Virus record (IMG/VR): IMGVR_UViG_3300042691_031247
Origin: a virus
Taxonomy: Duplodnaviria; Caudoviricetes
Length of the DNA stretch: 64,000 nucleotides
Direction: 5' to 3' (one strand)
Position 1 is the stretch's first letter; each line of letters begins with the position of its first letter. The notes beneath the pieces were generated by a model, which had not been told where the DNA came from, ran no database searches, and saw only the letters and a list, made by a program, of their open reading frames with translations. Shown one piece after another: positions 36,772 through 45,875 of this stretch. A program made the position numbers and the translations under genes.

Positions 36772-37764
36772 TCAATAACGAATCCGAATCGCGTCGGTGT
36801 AGGCCGAGTACTTATATGTCGAAGAAACCTCGCCGTAGCCGCCCTCTAAGTTGATGCTGGCTTTCGTCGCGCGCACCCATTCGCGATACGCCTGCCACCG
36901 AGCCTGACCCGCACGCTCATAGCTAGCTTCTTTATTCTGGTCGTTTACCGCCAGTCCCGCAGCCGAGTAGTCAAACTGATTGCGCCGGAACTGCTCCGCC
37001 ACCATCATGAACAGGTTGGCGCAGATACCTTCCAGCCAGTGATATCTAAATGGAAACGACTGTGTGTTGTATACGGCGTCGATCGGCGGAGGCACTTCAT
37101 TCCAGTACATAACTGGGCGCGCAATAGCTAGGGCAATCTCCGCGTCGTCAAACATTAAGCTATCGAGCAGAAAGCTTTCGCCCGGGGCCGAGTCGCGCAG
37201 GTGTAAGCGGATCTCAGCGATACTCGGAGGCCCGCCCGGCTGATTTACGCTCGAAAACGTGCTGCGGGCGATTACCACCGAGAACGTGTTCGAGAAGATC
37301 ACGCAGGGTTGATTGCTGGTCTGCGCCGGGATGCTCACTAGCGCCATCTCGCCGTAGTACACGCCGGGAACACTGGTGGCGTTACTGGAAAGCGCGACAG
37401 ACACCTTGCCGGTTTCTGGCTCGACAATTGTGGCCTGAACCTCGACCGGCTCGTTCTGGTTGCCTAGCGACAGCTGCTCTTTTAACCGCAGCACGACTTT
37501 AAAATCTTGCGCATTGGTGCAGGCGGTCAGGCTCACTGGGCGGCCTTCGCGGTCGTGCATCGTCCACTCAATCGTGGCGCAGTGACCCTGCGTGAGCGTA
37601 ATGGCGCGCATGCGTGTTAACAGCGGCTGGCCGTTAACACCGGAAATCGGCGCGCTGATGACGTTCTGCCCGATACACGAAACCGGCGTAATGGCTTGGC
37701 CGTTTGTGTTGCCGTTGCAGCACGGAACAATGGGATGCTCAGCGGGTGTGGCGATAACGACCAT
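36772..37764 (-). CDS. Head-tail adaptor (T4 gp13-like) with an N-terminal BppU-like beta domain
   Basis: 330 aa. Contains IAEIRLHLRD...FDDAEIALAI...WNEVPP and GLAVNDQNK..SY. Confidence 0.72.
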   Translation of the reverse strand: MVVIATPAEHPIVPCCNGNTNGQAITPVSCIGQNVISAPISGVNGQPLLTRMRAITLTQGHCATIEWTMHDREGRPVSLTACTNAQDFKVVLRLKEQLSLGNQNEPVEVQATIVEPETGKVSVALSSNATSVPGVYYGEMALVSIPAQTSNQPCVIFSNTFSVVIARSTFSSVNQPGGPPSIAEIRLHLRDSAPGESFLLDSLMFDDAEIALAIARPVMYWNEVPPPIDAVYNTQSFPFRYHWLEGICANLFMMVAEQFRRNQFDYSAAGLAVNDQNKEASYERAGQARWQAYREWVRATKASINLEGGYGEVSSTYKYSAYTDAIRIRY

Positions 37765-37784
37765 GCGAACCTCCGTGTTACACC

Positions 37785-37796
37785 GTAAGTATACAA
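37785..37796 (-). promoter_or_regulatory. Putative -10 box (TATACT) directly after the capsid terminator, for the neck operon
   Basis: atttgTATACTtacgg, ~20 nt upstream of CACGGAGG. Same hexamer as at 34531. Confidence 0.4.
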
Positions 37797-37832
37797 ATAA
37801 AAACGGCTGGCCGCTTACGCAGCCAGCCGTTT
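37793..37832 (-). terminator. Probable intrinsic terminator ending the capsid operon
   Basis: Minus strand AAACGGCUGGCUGC-GUAA-GCGGCCAGCCGUUU followed by UUAUUUG: GNRA tetraloop and U-tract. Confidence 0.85.
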
Positions 37833-37856
37833 AGAAGAGATTGACTAGATCGACGC

Positions 37857-38183
37857 TCAGTTGCTGTCCCAACCTTCGGGGGTTGTGGTGCCCAGCGTGT
37901 CTTCGTCGAGGTTAACCTGATCGACGCTTCCGTCGTCCGCGTCGGTGAGGTAAACGGCCGGCGACTTGGTGATCTGCAGCGCGCCGTTCTCCAGCGCCTT
38001 TTCAAGCGCCTTGAACTGCCGCTGACCGCCGCGACCGCCCTTACCCACGGTCGAGACTAGATCGCCCGGGACCGTGTAGGTCTCGTTGTTGGCGAGCCGC
38101 TTGCCGTGCGCACCGAGGAAGCCGAACACGCGGGCAGCGCCCGACGTGTTCTTAACTGTCGTGTATAAACCGGGAACTGCCAT
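37857..38183 (-). CDS. Small capsid-operon protein (possible decoration protein)
   Basis: 108 aa with strong codon bias. Last gene before the terminator. Confidence 0.65.
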   Translation of the reverse strand: MAVPGLYTTVKNTSGAARVFGFLGAHGKRLANNETYTVPGDLVSTVGKGGRGGQRQFKALEKALENGALQITKSPAVYLTDADDGSVDQVNLDEDTLGTTTPEGWDSN

Positions 38184-38202
38184 TGTTATTTACTCCATTT
38201 CT

Positions 38203-38592
38203 TCAGGATGCGCTTTGCAGAGCCGCGGCGGCGGCAGCCTGCAGCGTCAGAACAGCCTGCGCAATCGCAGGTTGCTCCGCCGCTACGCTCGCCACGTCGC
38301 CGTAAGCAGCCGCCTTTTCACCAGTGCCGCCAAGGCCCGCGGCGGCAAGCATCTCGTCCAGCTGCTGGTTGGCAGCCGAGAGCGAGGAAGCTTGCGCAGC
38401 CGCGACCTTTTCTTGCTCCGCCGTGTAGAGCACATGAAGCTTGGAGGCAGCAGCCCACATCTCTGCGGCTTCGCCTTCCGTACGCGGCTGGATGCCGTGC
38501 GCGGCAAGCTTCTCGAAGAAATACGGTGCGGCAAGTTCCGACACGATTGTGGCGTATGCTTGCTCAGCCGCTTCTTTAACATTATCAGACAT
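38203..38592 (-). CDS. Ala-rich helical head-associated protein with K-x-A motifs
   Basis: 129 aa, with EKLAA, EKVAA and EKAAA. SD AAAGGAG. Confidence 0.7.
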   Translation of the reverse strand: MSDNVKEAAEQAYATIVSELAAPYFFEKLAAHGIQPRTEGEAAEMWAAASKLHVLYTAEQEKVAAAQASSLSAANQQLDEMLAAAGLGGTGEKAAAYGDVASVAAEQPAIAQAVLTLQAAAAAALQSAS

Positions 38593-38626
38593 AACGTGCT
38601 CCTTTGGGTTTAATTCCTACACGGCA

Positions 38627-39553
38627 TCACTTGAAGTCAACGCGAGCCAGACCGTTGGTGTGGCCGAACGAGCCACCCGAAGTCTGGTAAGCGAAGTACT
38701 CAAGCATGTAAGCCTCACGACGGATGTACATCGTGGTGGGCTCCAGCTCGTAGTTCTTGCCGATGAACTTCGGCGAGGCGAACATGAACATGGCGTCATC
38801 GGGGACAAGATCGCGCTTGATCGTAACGATCCAGCGGCAGTTGAGGAAGTTAGTCTCCGCCCAACCGTTCTTGATGATGTCCTGCGAGAAGTCGCCACCC
38901 ATCTCGTCACGGCCGAACTTGAGGAGTTCCTTGATCGTGATGTTATTCACGAGGCAGGTTTCAACCTCAAAGTGCGACGGCGTCCGGGGCATGACCTTCA
39001 GCGCGTCGACAAGGGTCTCACGCGTGATGCCGCCCGAGATCTCTTCGTACTGCACAGCGCCGCTGGCGACGTTGGCAACACCCGGAGTCGGGAGCACGGC
39101 GTTGAAGGCGGCAATAAACTTGCCGTCCTCTTCAGCCAGCATGTCCTTGATCATGTTGTCGCTGAGGACCTGACGGATGTCGATCACGTACGTACGCAGC
39201 TCGTCGACGTCCTTCACAGCGCGGGGCGACACGATCCGGTCAAACATGACGCGGTAGCGCGGGCCACGGATGTAGAAGTTAATCGGGAGCGTCGCAAACG
39301 GGAGCGACACAGCCGCCGGGGAATCGGGCTCCTTGTCCACCACCTTGACGGGCTTGTCAGTGTCAACCTGACGGTCAAGCTCGTCGTTGGTGATGGTCAG
39401 CGGCGGCATAATCCGCCGGTAGAACCCGTCTTCACGCATCTTGGTGCGCGTGAAGTCGTTAACCGCGTCGATGGCCTGCTTCTGCATGCCGGGGGTATCG
39501 AGCTGCTCAAAAAGCGTTTCGTTGAGCAGTTGGATCTCTTGCTGAGTGGGCAT
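38627..39553 (-). CDS. Major capsid protein (HK97 fold)
   Basis: 308 aa from MPTQQE behind GGAGG. Follows the protease-scaffold-cement genes, has the strongest codon bias, and its sequence pattern (FYRRIMPP; PRAVKDVDEL; IKDMLAEEDGKFI) fits large-phage capsid proteins. Confidence 0.85.
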   Translation of the reverse strand: MPTQQEIQLLNETLFEQLDTPGMQKQAIDAVNDFTRTKMREDGFYRRIMPPLTITNDELDRQVDTDKPVKVVDKEPDSPAAVSLPFATLPINFYIRGPRYRVMFDRIVSPRAVKDVDELRTYVIDIRQVLSDNMIKDMLAEEDGKFIAAFNAVLPTPGVANVASGAVQYEEISGGITRETLVDALKVMPRTPSHFEVETCLVNNITIKELLKFGRDEMGGDFSQDIIKNGWAETNFLNCRWIVTIKRDLVPDDAMFMFASPKFIGKNYELEPTTMYIRREAYMLEYFAYQTSGGSFGHTNGLARVDFK

Positions 39554-39592
39554 TTTGGGAACCTCCATGTTCCTTAATTAGTTAGGGATAGG

Positions 39593-40171
39593 TCAGTCGA
39601 TTGTGGCCGCAGTACCCGCCGGGAGGTACACGCACCAGAAGGAAAGCGTGTCCACACCGTTGTGGTTCTTCGACGCACCACTCGAAACAACACCGCAAAC
39701 CGGGTTTACGTACTGCACGGCGTTGGCCTTCGTCAGCACACCCTCAACGGCAGCGCCGCCAGTGGTGGGAGCAGTCAGAAGGTCACCCGGAGCATACGTC
39801 ACCGCGCTACCGCCGGACGTCTTCACGTACTCGGTGGTGGCGATTTCATAACCACCGGTCGCAACAAGACCCGACAGCTTGCCCGAGGGCGACACTGCTT
39901 GGTGCATGAAGTTACCGGCCGCTGTGGTACCCGGATTGCTGACGTCAGCATCCGTCGAACCGTTCAGCAAGAAAATCGCGACGCCCGTAGCGCTGACACC
40001 CGGAACGAACACGTCCTTGCCGCCCTCTTTCGAGAGATGCACGACGCGACCGCGCGGGACGTCATAAGCGACCGTGCTCAGCAGCTTGGCCGAGTAGTCG
40101 AGGGACGCCATATCGAACCAGCCCTTTTTGACGTCAAGGCCGTGTTCAAACATAAGATCAGGAGCAGGCAT
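39593..40171 (-). CDS. Capsid cement/decoration protein (beta-tulip-like)
   Basis: 192 aa, Gly-rich beta protein immediately upstream of the capsid gene. Contains GRVVHL...GYEIATTEY...YAPGDLLT. Confidence 0.72.
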   Translation of the reverse strand: MPAPDLMFEHGLDVKKGWFDMASLDYSAKLLSTVAYDVPRGRVVHLSKEGGKDVFVPGVSATGVAIFLLNGSTDADVSNPGTTAAGNFMHQAVSPSGKLSGLVATGGYEIATTEYVKTSGGSAVTYAPGDLLTAPTTGGAAVEGVLTKANAVQYVNPVCGVVSSGASKNHNGVDTLSFWCVYLPAGTAATID

Positions 40172-40226
40172 TGTTAGACCTCCGTGTCTTTCTCAATTGG
40201 AAACGTGTTCCGTAAAGGGGACGAAC

Positions 40227-40652
40227 TCAGGTAGTGGGCGGGTTAAGACCAAGGCCCGTAAACAGCTTTACGTCGGAAGCCTTGAGGCGACCATCGCGGG
40301 CACCCACATACCCGCTCGTCAGGCTGGCCGTCGGGTCGTAGCTGGCGGACTTTGTGGCCACCGGCGTACCAAGACGAGCCAGTTCAGCCGCGTTTTTGTG
40401 CGCGGCTAATTTGATAACAAGTTCCATCGCGCGCACCGGATCTTGAAGGGCGGCGGCAAGCGCTTCCTTCTGGTGGGCCTCGATCCGCTCGTTCTCCACG
40501 CACGCCTTGACGGCTTCGGGGATCAGGTGAGCCAGCTTTTCGCTGGTTTCAACCTGCGCCTTTTCGGCGGCGGCGGCTTTGGTCATCGCAGCATCGGAGT
40601 AACCGATGTAGTCGATGATCTTCTGTACGAGCGCGTTATTTTCGGTAGACAT
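40227..40652 (-). CDS. Helical head-assembly/scaffold-like protein
   Basis: 141 aa, with TKAAA and TKSAS motifs. Lies between scaffold and cement genes. Confidence 0.6.
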   Translation of the reverse strand: MSTENNALVQKIIDYIGYSDAAMTKAAAAEKAQVETSEKLAHLIPEAVKACVENERIEAHQKEALAAALQDPVRAMELVIKLAAHKNAAELARLGTPVATKSASYDPTASLTSGYVGARDGRLKASDVKLFTGLGLNPPTT

Positions 40653-40668
40653 TAAAACCTCCGTGTGA

Positions 40669-42012
40669 TCAACGATTCACGAGTTCGAGAACGTGCTGCT
40701 TCATCATGTCCCGCAGCTGGCGCGAACGCTTTGTGCGAGCTTCTTTGACTTGAAACCGACCAGCACGCTTAAAGTTTACAACAGCGCGACCGATGGCGTC
40801 TAAATCTTTAGCAGCAGCCATCTTCGGTTCTTCCATCGGCGGCATACCCGCGTCAGGCGCAGCGCCAGCTTCGGGCGGCATACCGCCTTCTGCGCCAGCA
40901 CCACCGGCCCCGGACAGAGCTTGCAGCAACGCTTCCGGCGGAATGCCGAGTTCTTCAAGCGCCATAGCCAGCTCTTGAACAGCCTCGTCTTCCGACGGCT
41001 CGCCGCCGGCAGCTTCAGGAGCCGGGCCACCCTCAGCGCCCATCATGGCTTCAAGACCAGCGGGTGCGCCGCCAGCAGCAGCGTCATCAGCCGGGGCGTC
41101 GCTCATACCAGAAGCAGCGTCTTCCGGCGCGGAGTGATCCTCGCCTTCAGCCGCCTCTTCGGTCGGATCGGCGGCCGCGGCCTTGGAGTTTACAAAACCG
41201 ATAAACAGGTCGGCCATTTCGTCGGCTTCGCGGATCGTGTTAGCGCACACTTCGCGAACGGAAGCTTCGGCAGCAGCCTTGTCCATACCGAGATGCGCGG
41301 CAAGCTCGTAACCCGCTTTGAACGCGGCAGCTTTGTCGCTGCGAAGCGCGGCAAGATCAGAACCTTCAATCTTGCCATCGTTGTCGGTGTCGAGTTTGTG
41401 CTGGTCGCCTTTTAGCTCGCCGGTCGACTCGCTTTTTTCTTCGGACTTCTCTTCAGTCTTTTTCTTTAAAAAAGCCGGCATCTCGGCCGCCTTCTCGTTG
41501 GTCAGCTTACTGGCGCCAAAGTTGATAAGGTTGGCAAGAATGTCGTTACCAAGTGTGCCGGCACGATCGCGAGCTTCCTTGAACGTAACCGAGCTGTACT
41601 TCTCGCCGTCGTTAGCCTTGACCGGCGACGAAGTGCCCGGGTCATCCTTATCGCCCTTGAAATCTTTCTCGTTGGACGGATCTTCGCCAGTGGCCTTGGC
41701 CGAGACGCCGATGTTCGTTTGAACTTCGTCTTGGCGACCTTCTTGCGACATCTCCGGTGTGTTGTCTACAGCAAGAGCACCCTGCTGCTTCTTGACGTCA
41801 GCTTCGTACTCGCTGGCGCGCGCACCAGTGCTGGCGTTTTGCACGCCGTTGTCAGCGCTGGTCGTCGGATGCGATGAGGCACCCTGATAGCCACCCGGAT
41901 CAGCGGGCACGGGACCGGCCGACTTTTCAGCCGCAGTCTTAACCGGGCTCTGCGCAATCTCAGCGGCGAGAGCGTTAAGTTGATCGAACAGTGAACGTTG
42001 CATCCGTGCCAT
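40669..42012 (-). CDS. Scaffolding-like protein (acidic, low complexity, many K-x-A motifs)
   Basis: 447 aa directly after the protease, with VKTAAEKSAG, EKAAE, DKAAA (twice), SKAAA and PKMAAA. Confidence 0.68.
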   Translation of the reverse strand: MARMQRSLFDQLNALAAEIAQSPVKTAAEKSAGPVPADPGGYQGASSHPTTSADNGVQNASTGARASEYEADVKKQQGALAVDNTPEMSQEGRQDEVQTNIGVSAKATGEDPSNEKDFKGDKDDPGTSSPVKANDGEKYSSVTFKEARDRAGTLGNDILANLINFGASKLTNEKAAEMPAFLKKKTEEKSEEKSESTGELKGDQHKLDTDNDGKIEGSDLAALRSDKAAAFKAGYELAAHLGMDKAAAEASVREVCANTIREADEMADLFIGFVNSKAAAADPTEEAAEGEDHSAPEDAASGMSDAPADDAAAGGAPAGLEAMMGAEGGPAPEAAGGEPSEDEAVQELAMALEELGIPPEALLQALSGAGGAGAEGGMPPEAGAAPDAGMPPMEEPKMAAAKDLDAIGRAVVNFKRAGRFQVKEARTKRSRQLRDMMKQHVLELVNR

Positions 42013-42055
42013 GACTTTCTCCTTTGGGGTCTAACCGTTACCGATTAGCTTCCGT

Positions 42056-43513
42056 TCATGTGACATAATTTTGCATTACACAGTGGTTTGCTGTCAACCA
42101 ATTGTTTCCATATTTCTCGCAGATGGCGGCGTAAGCAGCGATCTTATACAACGCGTAATGTTGCGCAAGAGCTGTTTCTGCTTTTCCACTCGCTTGCTTG
42201 TCGGACGGAAACTCAACTGCCCGGGCGTTACGAAGCGCGGCTAAGTAAGCACGCTTCTCAACACTGACGGGTAATACGCTATGTGTGTGTGCTACCTTTT
42301 CAGCCCACACGCGCACGTTTTGCGGCGCCGCGTCAGCTGGAAAGTATACGTTATTCTCAAGCAACGTGACGACATCTGCGTCGTTCGCTAACTTTGAAAA
42401 CACGTTAGGCAGCGCATACGCAACTGCACTAACAAGTGTGGCGTTAGCTGACTTAACTGTCAACGCTAAAAAATCTCGCAGCGGCAAGATTACTCCAGCG
42501 TCGGCTAGTCCGCGTAACACCTCAGACATTTTAACAGAAGGAGCGTTATTTGCATCAATAGCCGGTTGTACTTCGCCGGCGCTGGCAAGTGCTGTCTGCG
42601 CCCAGTTACCACCCGCGCCTGCATCCTTCTCCGCCTGCGCAAGCTGTGTTAACGCCTCTAGCTGCAGCTGAACACGGGCGGCAGGTGTGCGCCCTAAGTC
42701 GAACCCAAGCGGCGCGGTAATACCCAGCTGTTCGGCTAGTTCGGCGCCGGAAACACAGCTATTTGACGCGGCTTTCTGCAGCTGGCCGGATACGTAAGCA
42801 ATGCGGTCTGCCGGGCGAAACACGTGGCTGATATCAAAAAACGTCGGGTTGGGGTTGTCGGCGTGGAGTACGTGGCCGTCTTCCAGTACCCGCCCCATAT
42901 TGTGCTTTAACCCGCCCGCCTTGCAGTGGCCGCCGTTTTCTACAGAGTCGCAGTACTCGGCGCGGGTCTTGGCCGTGTTACCGCAGGACGAGCACTTGTC
43001 GAACGGGATCTTACATGCCATCGACACGGCGATCTCTTTGTCGTTGGCCAGCTTTTCCAGCTCTTTGTCTGCAATCAGGCCGCCGTTCCGGTCAGCCGCC
43101 TCTTTCGAGCCGTTTAGCGCCACGACCAGCTCGATACGTTTCATGGGCTCGTGGTAGGCGCTGGCCTTTACGATGCCGAAACTTTTAGCGGGGTTCTTGT
43201 TGGCGTGGTCGCGATAGAAGCGGGCAAACTTCTCGAACGTCTGATGGTAGTTCCGACAGCAGTCGCGAGTAAAGCCGTCGCCGTTACGGTTCGGGCCGTA
43301 ATCTTCTGTGGCGCCGATCGCGATCATGTGAACCGGCACTTCGTCTTTGGCAAACTTGATATTTTCAAGCTTGTGTGCAAACTCGGCACCGGCGCGCTTT
43401 ACAAGTTCCTGCTTGTCTACGCCGATGATCCCGCGGCTAGATACTTTGATAAGCGCAGCGACTGGCTCACTAAAGTCTTGAGCGTGCGGCTGGATGACCT
43501 TAATCATGCTCAT
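42056..43513 (-). CDS. Prohead maturation protease (HK97/assemblin-type His-Ser) with a Zn-ribbon insert and C-terminal extension
   Basis: Contains GPNRNGDGF, YRDHANK (His), VSMAC (Ser), CSSC..YC..HC and FFDISHVFRPADRIA. Confidence 0.88.
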   Translation of the reverse strand: MSMIKVIQPHAQDFSEPVAALIKVSSRGIIGVDKQELVKRAGAEFAHKLENIKFAKDEVPVHMIAIGATEDYGPNRNGDGFTRDCCRNYHQTFEKFARFYRDHANKNPAKSFGIVKASAYHEPMKRIELVVALNGSKEAADRNGGLIADKELEKLANDKEIAVSMACKIPFDKCSSCGNTAKTRAEYCDSVENGGHCKAGGLKHNMGRVLEDGHVLHADNPNPTFFDISHVFRPADRIAYVSGQLQKAASNSCVSGAELAEQLGITAPLGFDLGRTPAARVQLQLEALTQLAQAEKDAGAGGNWAQTALASAGEVQPAIDANNAPSVKMSEVLRGLADAGVILPLRDFLALTVKSANATLVSAVAYALPNVFSKLANDADVVTLLENNVYFPADAAPQNVRVWAEKVAHTHSVLPVSVEKRAYLAALRNARAVEFPSDKQASGKAETALAQHYALYKIAAYAAICEKYGNNWLTANHCVMQNYVT

Positions 43514-43515
43514 GT

Positions 43516-44499
43516 TTACTCTCCCGCGGACGAGCCGCCCAAGCTGTTAAGAAGCGCCGGGACGCTAAGTGCGCCAAGGACCGGAAGACCAATACCAGCC
43601 ATCCGTCCGCCAAAACGCGGTAACCGACGCAGCGCCTGTTGCAGCTGCGCGCCAGTCAAACGGCGGCCAGCCTTACCAACACCAGACGCCGGCTCTGACG
43701 CAACTGCGGCAAGGACGTTAGCTGTGTCGTCAGCGCCGTGGCCAAATAAGCCGCCTAAGAAGTTACCGCGCGCGGCGTTCGTCGCGCCGCGTACACGCGG
43801 GCCGACCGATGACGGCGTCGTCATACCAGCAGATTCAAGCGGCAGGCTAACGTCACGCGGCACGTAATCCGCGCCGCGGAGTCGGCGGATGCTGTTGAGC
43901 ATTTGCTGTGTGAACGACGGGTCGTGTGTGGCGTCGGGAAGGCCGCGTACATGCTTTGTGAGGTTTTCTGTAACACGTGACGGACCGGTATTTGCGCGCA
44001 GCTGTTCGATAGTGGGGCGAAGTTGCTTGGCGACGTCGTCACCGGACGCAAGAAACCGATCCATCTTGCCGTACGCGTCAATGGAGTTTGCTATTTGCCG
44101 CCCGCCGTAGCCGCCGACGCCAGCGCCCGCCAGATTAAGCAACGCGCCGCCAGAAGAGCCATCTTGGCCTTTTGCGGCAGCGATGGCGGGCGGCGGGTCA
44201 GTCTTGGTCAGCAGCATGTTCTTAGCCGCTGTCGCGCCAAGGCCGCCGATGCCGCCCATCAGCGCATAGTCGAGCATGGCGCGCCGTTTCTTTTTCCCCT
44301 GCAGCGCGCCGATTAAACCACCGGCGCCGGCACCGAGGGCGGCGTTCTGCAGATACGGGTTGCTCAGGATCTGAGACAGGTCAGCTTGCTTGCCGAGTGC
44401 CGCAGTTACTGTGGCTACTTTTTCAATTGCCGGATCGGGCGTGCGTGTAGCAATCGCCGACAAACCGCGGGCAAGCTCTTGTACGTCTGTTGTTTTCAT
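43516..44499 (-). CDS. Gly-zipper putative internal-head/ejection protein
   Basis: 327 aa, Cys-free. Contains AALGAGAGGLIGAL, GGIGGLGA and GAGVGGYGG, plus an N-terminal EKVA..GKQA. Confidence 0.55.
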   Translation of the reverse strand: MKTTDVQELARGLSAIATRTPDPAIEKVATVTAALGKQADLSQILSNPYLQNAALGAGAGGLIGALQGKKKRRAMLDYALMGGIGGLGATAAKNMLLTKTDPPPAIAAAKGQDGSSGGALLNLAGAGVGGYGGRQIANSIDAYGKMDRFLASGDDVAKQLRPTIEQLRANTGPSRVTENLTKHVRGLPDATHDPSFTQQMLNSIRRLRGADYVPRDVSLPLESAGMTTPSSVGPRVRGATNAARGNFLGGLFGHGADDTANVLAAVASEPASGVGKAGRRLTGAQLQQALRRLPRFGGRMAGIGLPVLGALSVPALLNSLGGSSAGE

Positions 44500-44501
44500 A
44501 A

Positions 44502-45875
44502 TTACAGTAACTCGCGGGCCTTCTGCTGCGCTTCGAGATTACTCTTCAAACTCTCAGCGCGGATCTTCTCCATTTCAATCAGCTGTTTGATATCAAAATC
44601 AGCGAGCTGACCGGCCTCTAGCCGTTTGCGCAAAAGAGCCTGCATAGCTGCACCTGAACCAGTAAAGTTAGGAGCAATTTCGGCAATTTGGTTGTACGCG
44701 GAAGCTACCTCGTGCGGGTCATAACCGGAGATAACCGGATCGTTCAGGATAAGGTCGTTTAGTACGCCGCGCGATTTGATTTGCTGCAGTTTGTTTTCGT
44801 GCTCGGCGTCGGACATCTGCGCAAACGCTTTTTGCTTTTGTTTGGTCGGGTCGGTCGATTTCCCGGCGTTGGCGTCCATTTCCGCTGCAAAACCAGACGG
44901 GCTCATGATCTTACCGAGATAACCCATCGTTCCGCTGTATGATGTCAGCGGGGGTGTTGTATCTGGTTTTTTTTTAACGGCTGCCACCTTAAGGGCGAGC
45001 GGGGCCGTTCTCGGATCGTGCAGAATTGAGCCCGTAACGGGGGTCGGCGTCACTTTCTGCGCCACGGCGGGCTGCGTTAACGCCGCGAGCTTGCTCGCTG
45101 CATTGTTGTGCAACTCCACCGCTTTGATCACGTTCTCGACCAGCGTTACCACCGGAAGCGCGCCGAAAAAGTTTTCGCTGCTAGCGGCCTGCTTTGTGAA
45201 GTGCGGGTAAACAGCCGCAACCTTGTTTAGCGTCGAAACACCGAGGTCGCCGAGCCGCAGACCAACTTCGCGCAGCGCGTCCGGGAACGCCATGTTGCCG
45301 GGTACACGAAAATACTGCGCCAACTCTTCCATAGCTGACGCCGCTTTGTGATGCGTCAGTGTGGCTAGCCGGCGGACTTCGTCGGCGTGGCGGGCGGCGG
45401 CCTGTTTTTCGCTATAGGCGCGTCGCGCGGCGGAGTGCTCGTCACGCGGCGGCGGTACATATGTGGGCGCCGGGAGCACGCTCTTGGCGGCGGCTGCTTT
45501 ATTCAAGCTCGCGTTGCGCCGATTAATGAAACCTGTCGGCGCAACAGCGTACTCTGTCGAGATGATGCTGTTGTTTGTTAACTCAGCCGATGTTTTAACG
45601 TGCTTGGGATATAGCGCGTCCATAACCACGTTTACGTCGGCAAGCTGGAAGTCTGCCGCTTTCTCTAACGTGTTTGCGCCAAGTTCGCGTTGCTTGTTGG
45701 TGCGTCCAGTGTTGTACGCATGCACCATAAGATTAATATGCCCGGACGGGATGCCCGCATCACTCGCGCTTTTAATAATCGCGTTGTTCGGGGTGGCGCC
45801 TTCGTTGACCAACGTGGCCGCACGCTCAATTGCGCTCAGCAATTTTTGCTCAGCTTCTTTACTTAATGCCCGCAT
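44502..45875 (-). CDS. Helical putative internal-head protein rich in K-x-A motifs
   Basis: 457 aa, Cys-free, about ten KxA motifs (KSAS, EKAA, NKAAA, EKQAA, HKAAS, NKVAA, TKQAA, SKLAA, LKVAA). Confidence 0.55.
   Translation of the reverse strand: MRALSKEAEQKLLSAIERAATLVNEGATPNNAIIKSASDAGIPSGHINLMVHAYNTGRTNKQRELGANTLEKAADFQLADVNVVMDALYPKHVKTSAELTNNSIISTEYAVAPTGFINRRNASLNKAAAAKSVLPAPTYVPPPRDEHSAARRAYSEKQAAARHADEVRRLATLTHHKAASAMEELAQYFRVPGNMAFPDALREVGLRLGDLGVSTLNKVAAVYPHFTKQAASSENFFGALPVVTLVENVIKAVELHNNAASKLAALTQPAVAQKVTPTPVTGSILHDPRTAPLALKVAAVKKKPDTTPPLTSYSGTMGYLGKIMSPSGFAAEMDANAGKSTDPTKQKQKAFAQMSDAEHENKLQQIKSRGVLNDLILNDPVISGYDPHEVASAYNQIAEIAPNFTGSGAAMQALLRKRLEAGQLADFDIKQLIEMEKIRAESLKSNLEAQQKARELL

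Noticed and set aside
38441-39577. 378-aa plus-strand ORF over the capsid gene
   Set aside because: Same antisense-shadow effect in a strongly codon-biased gene.
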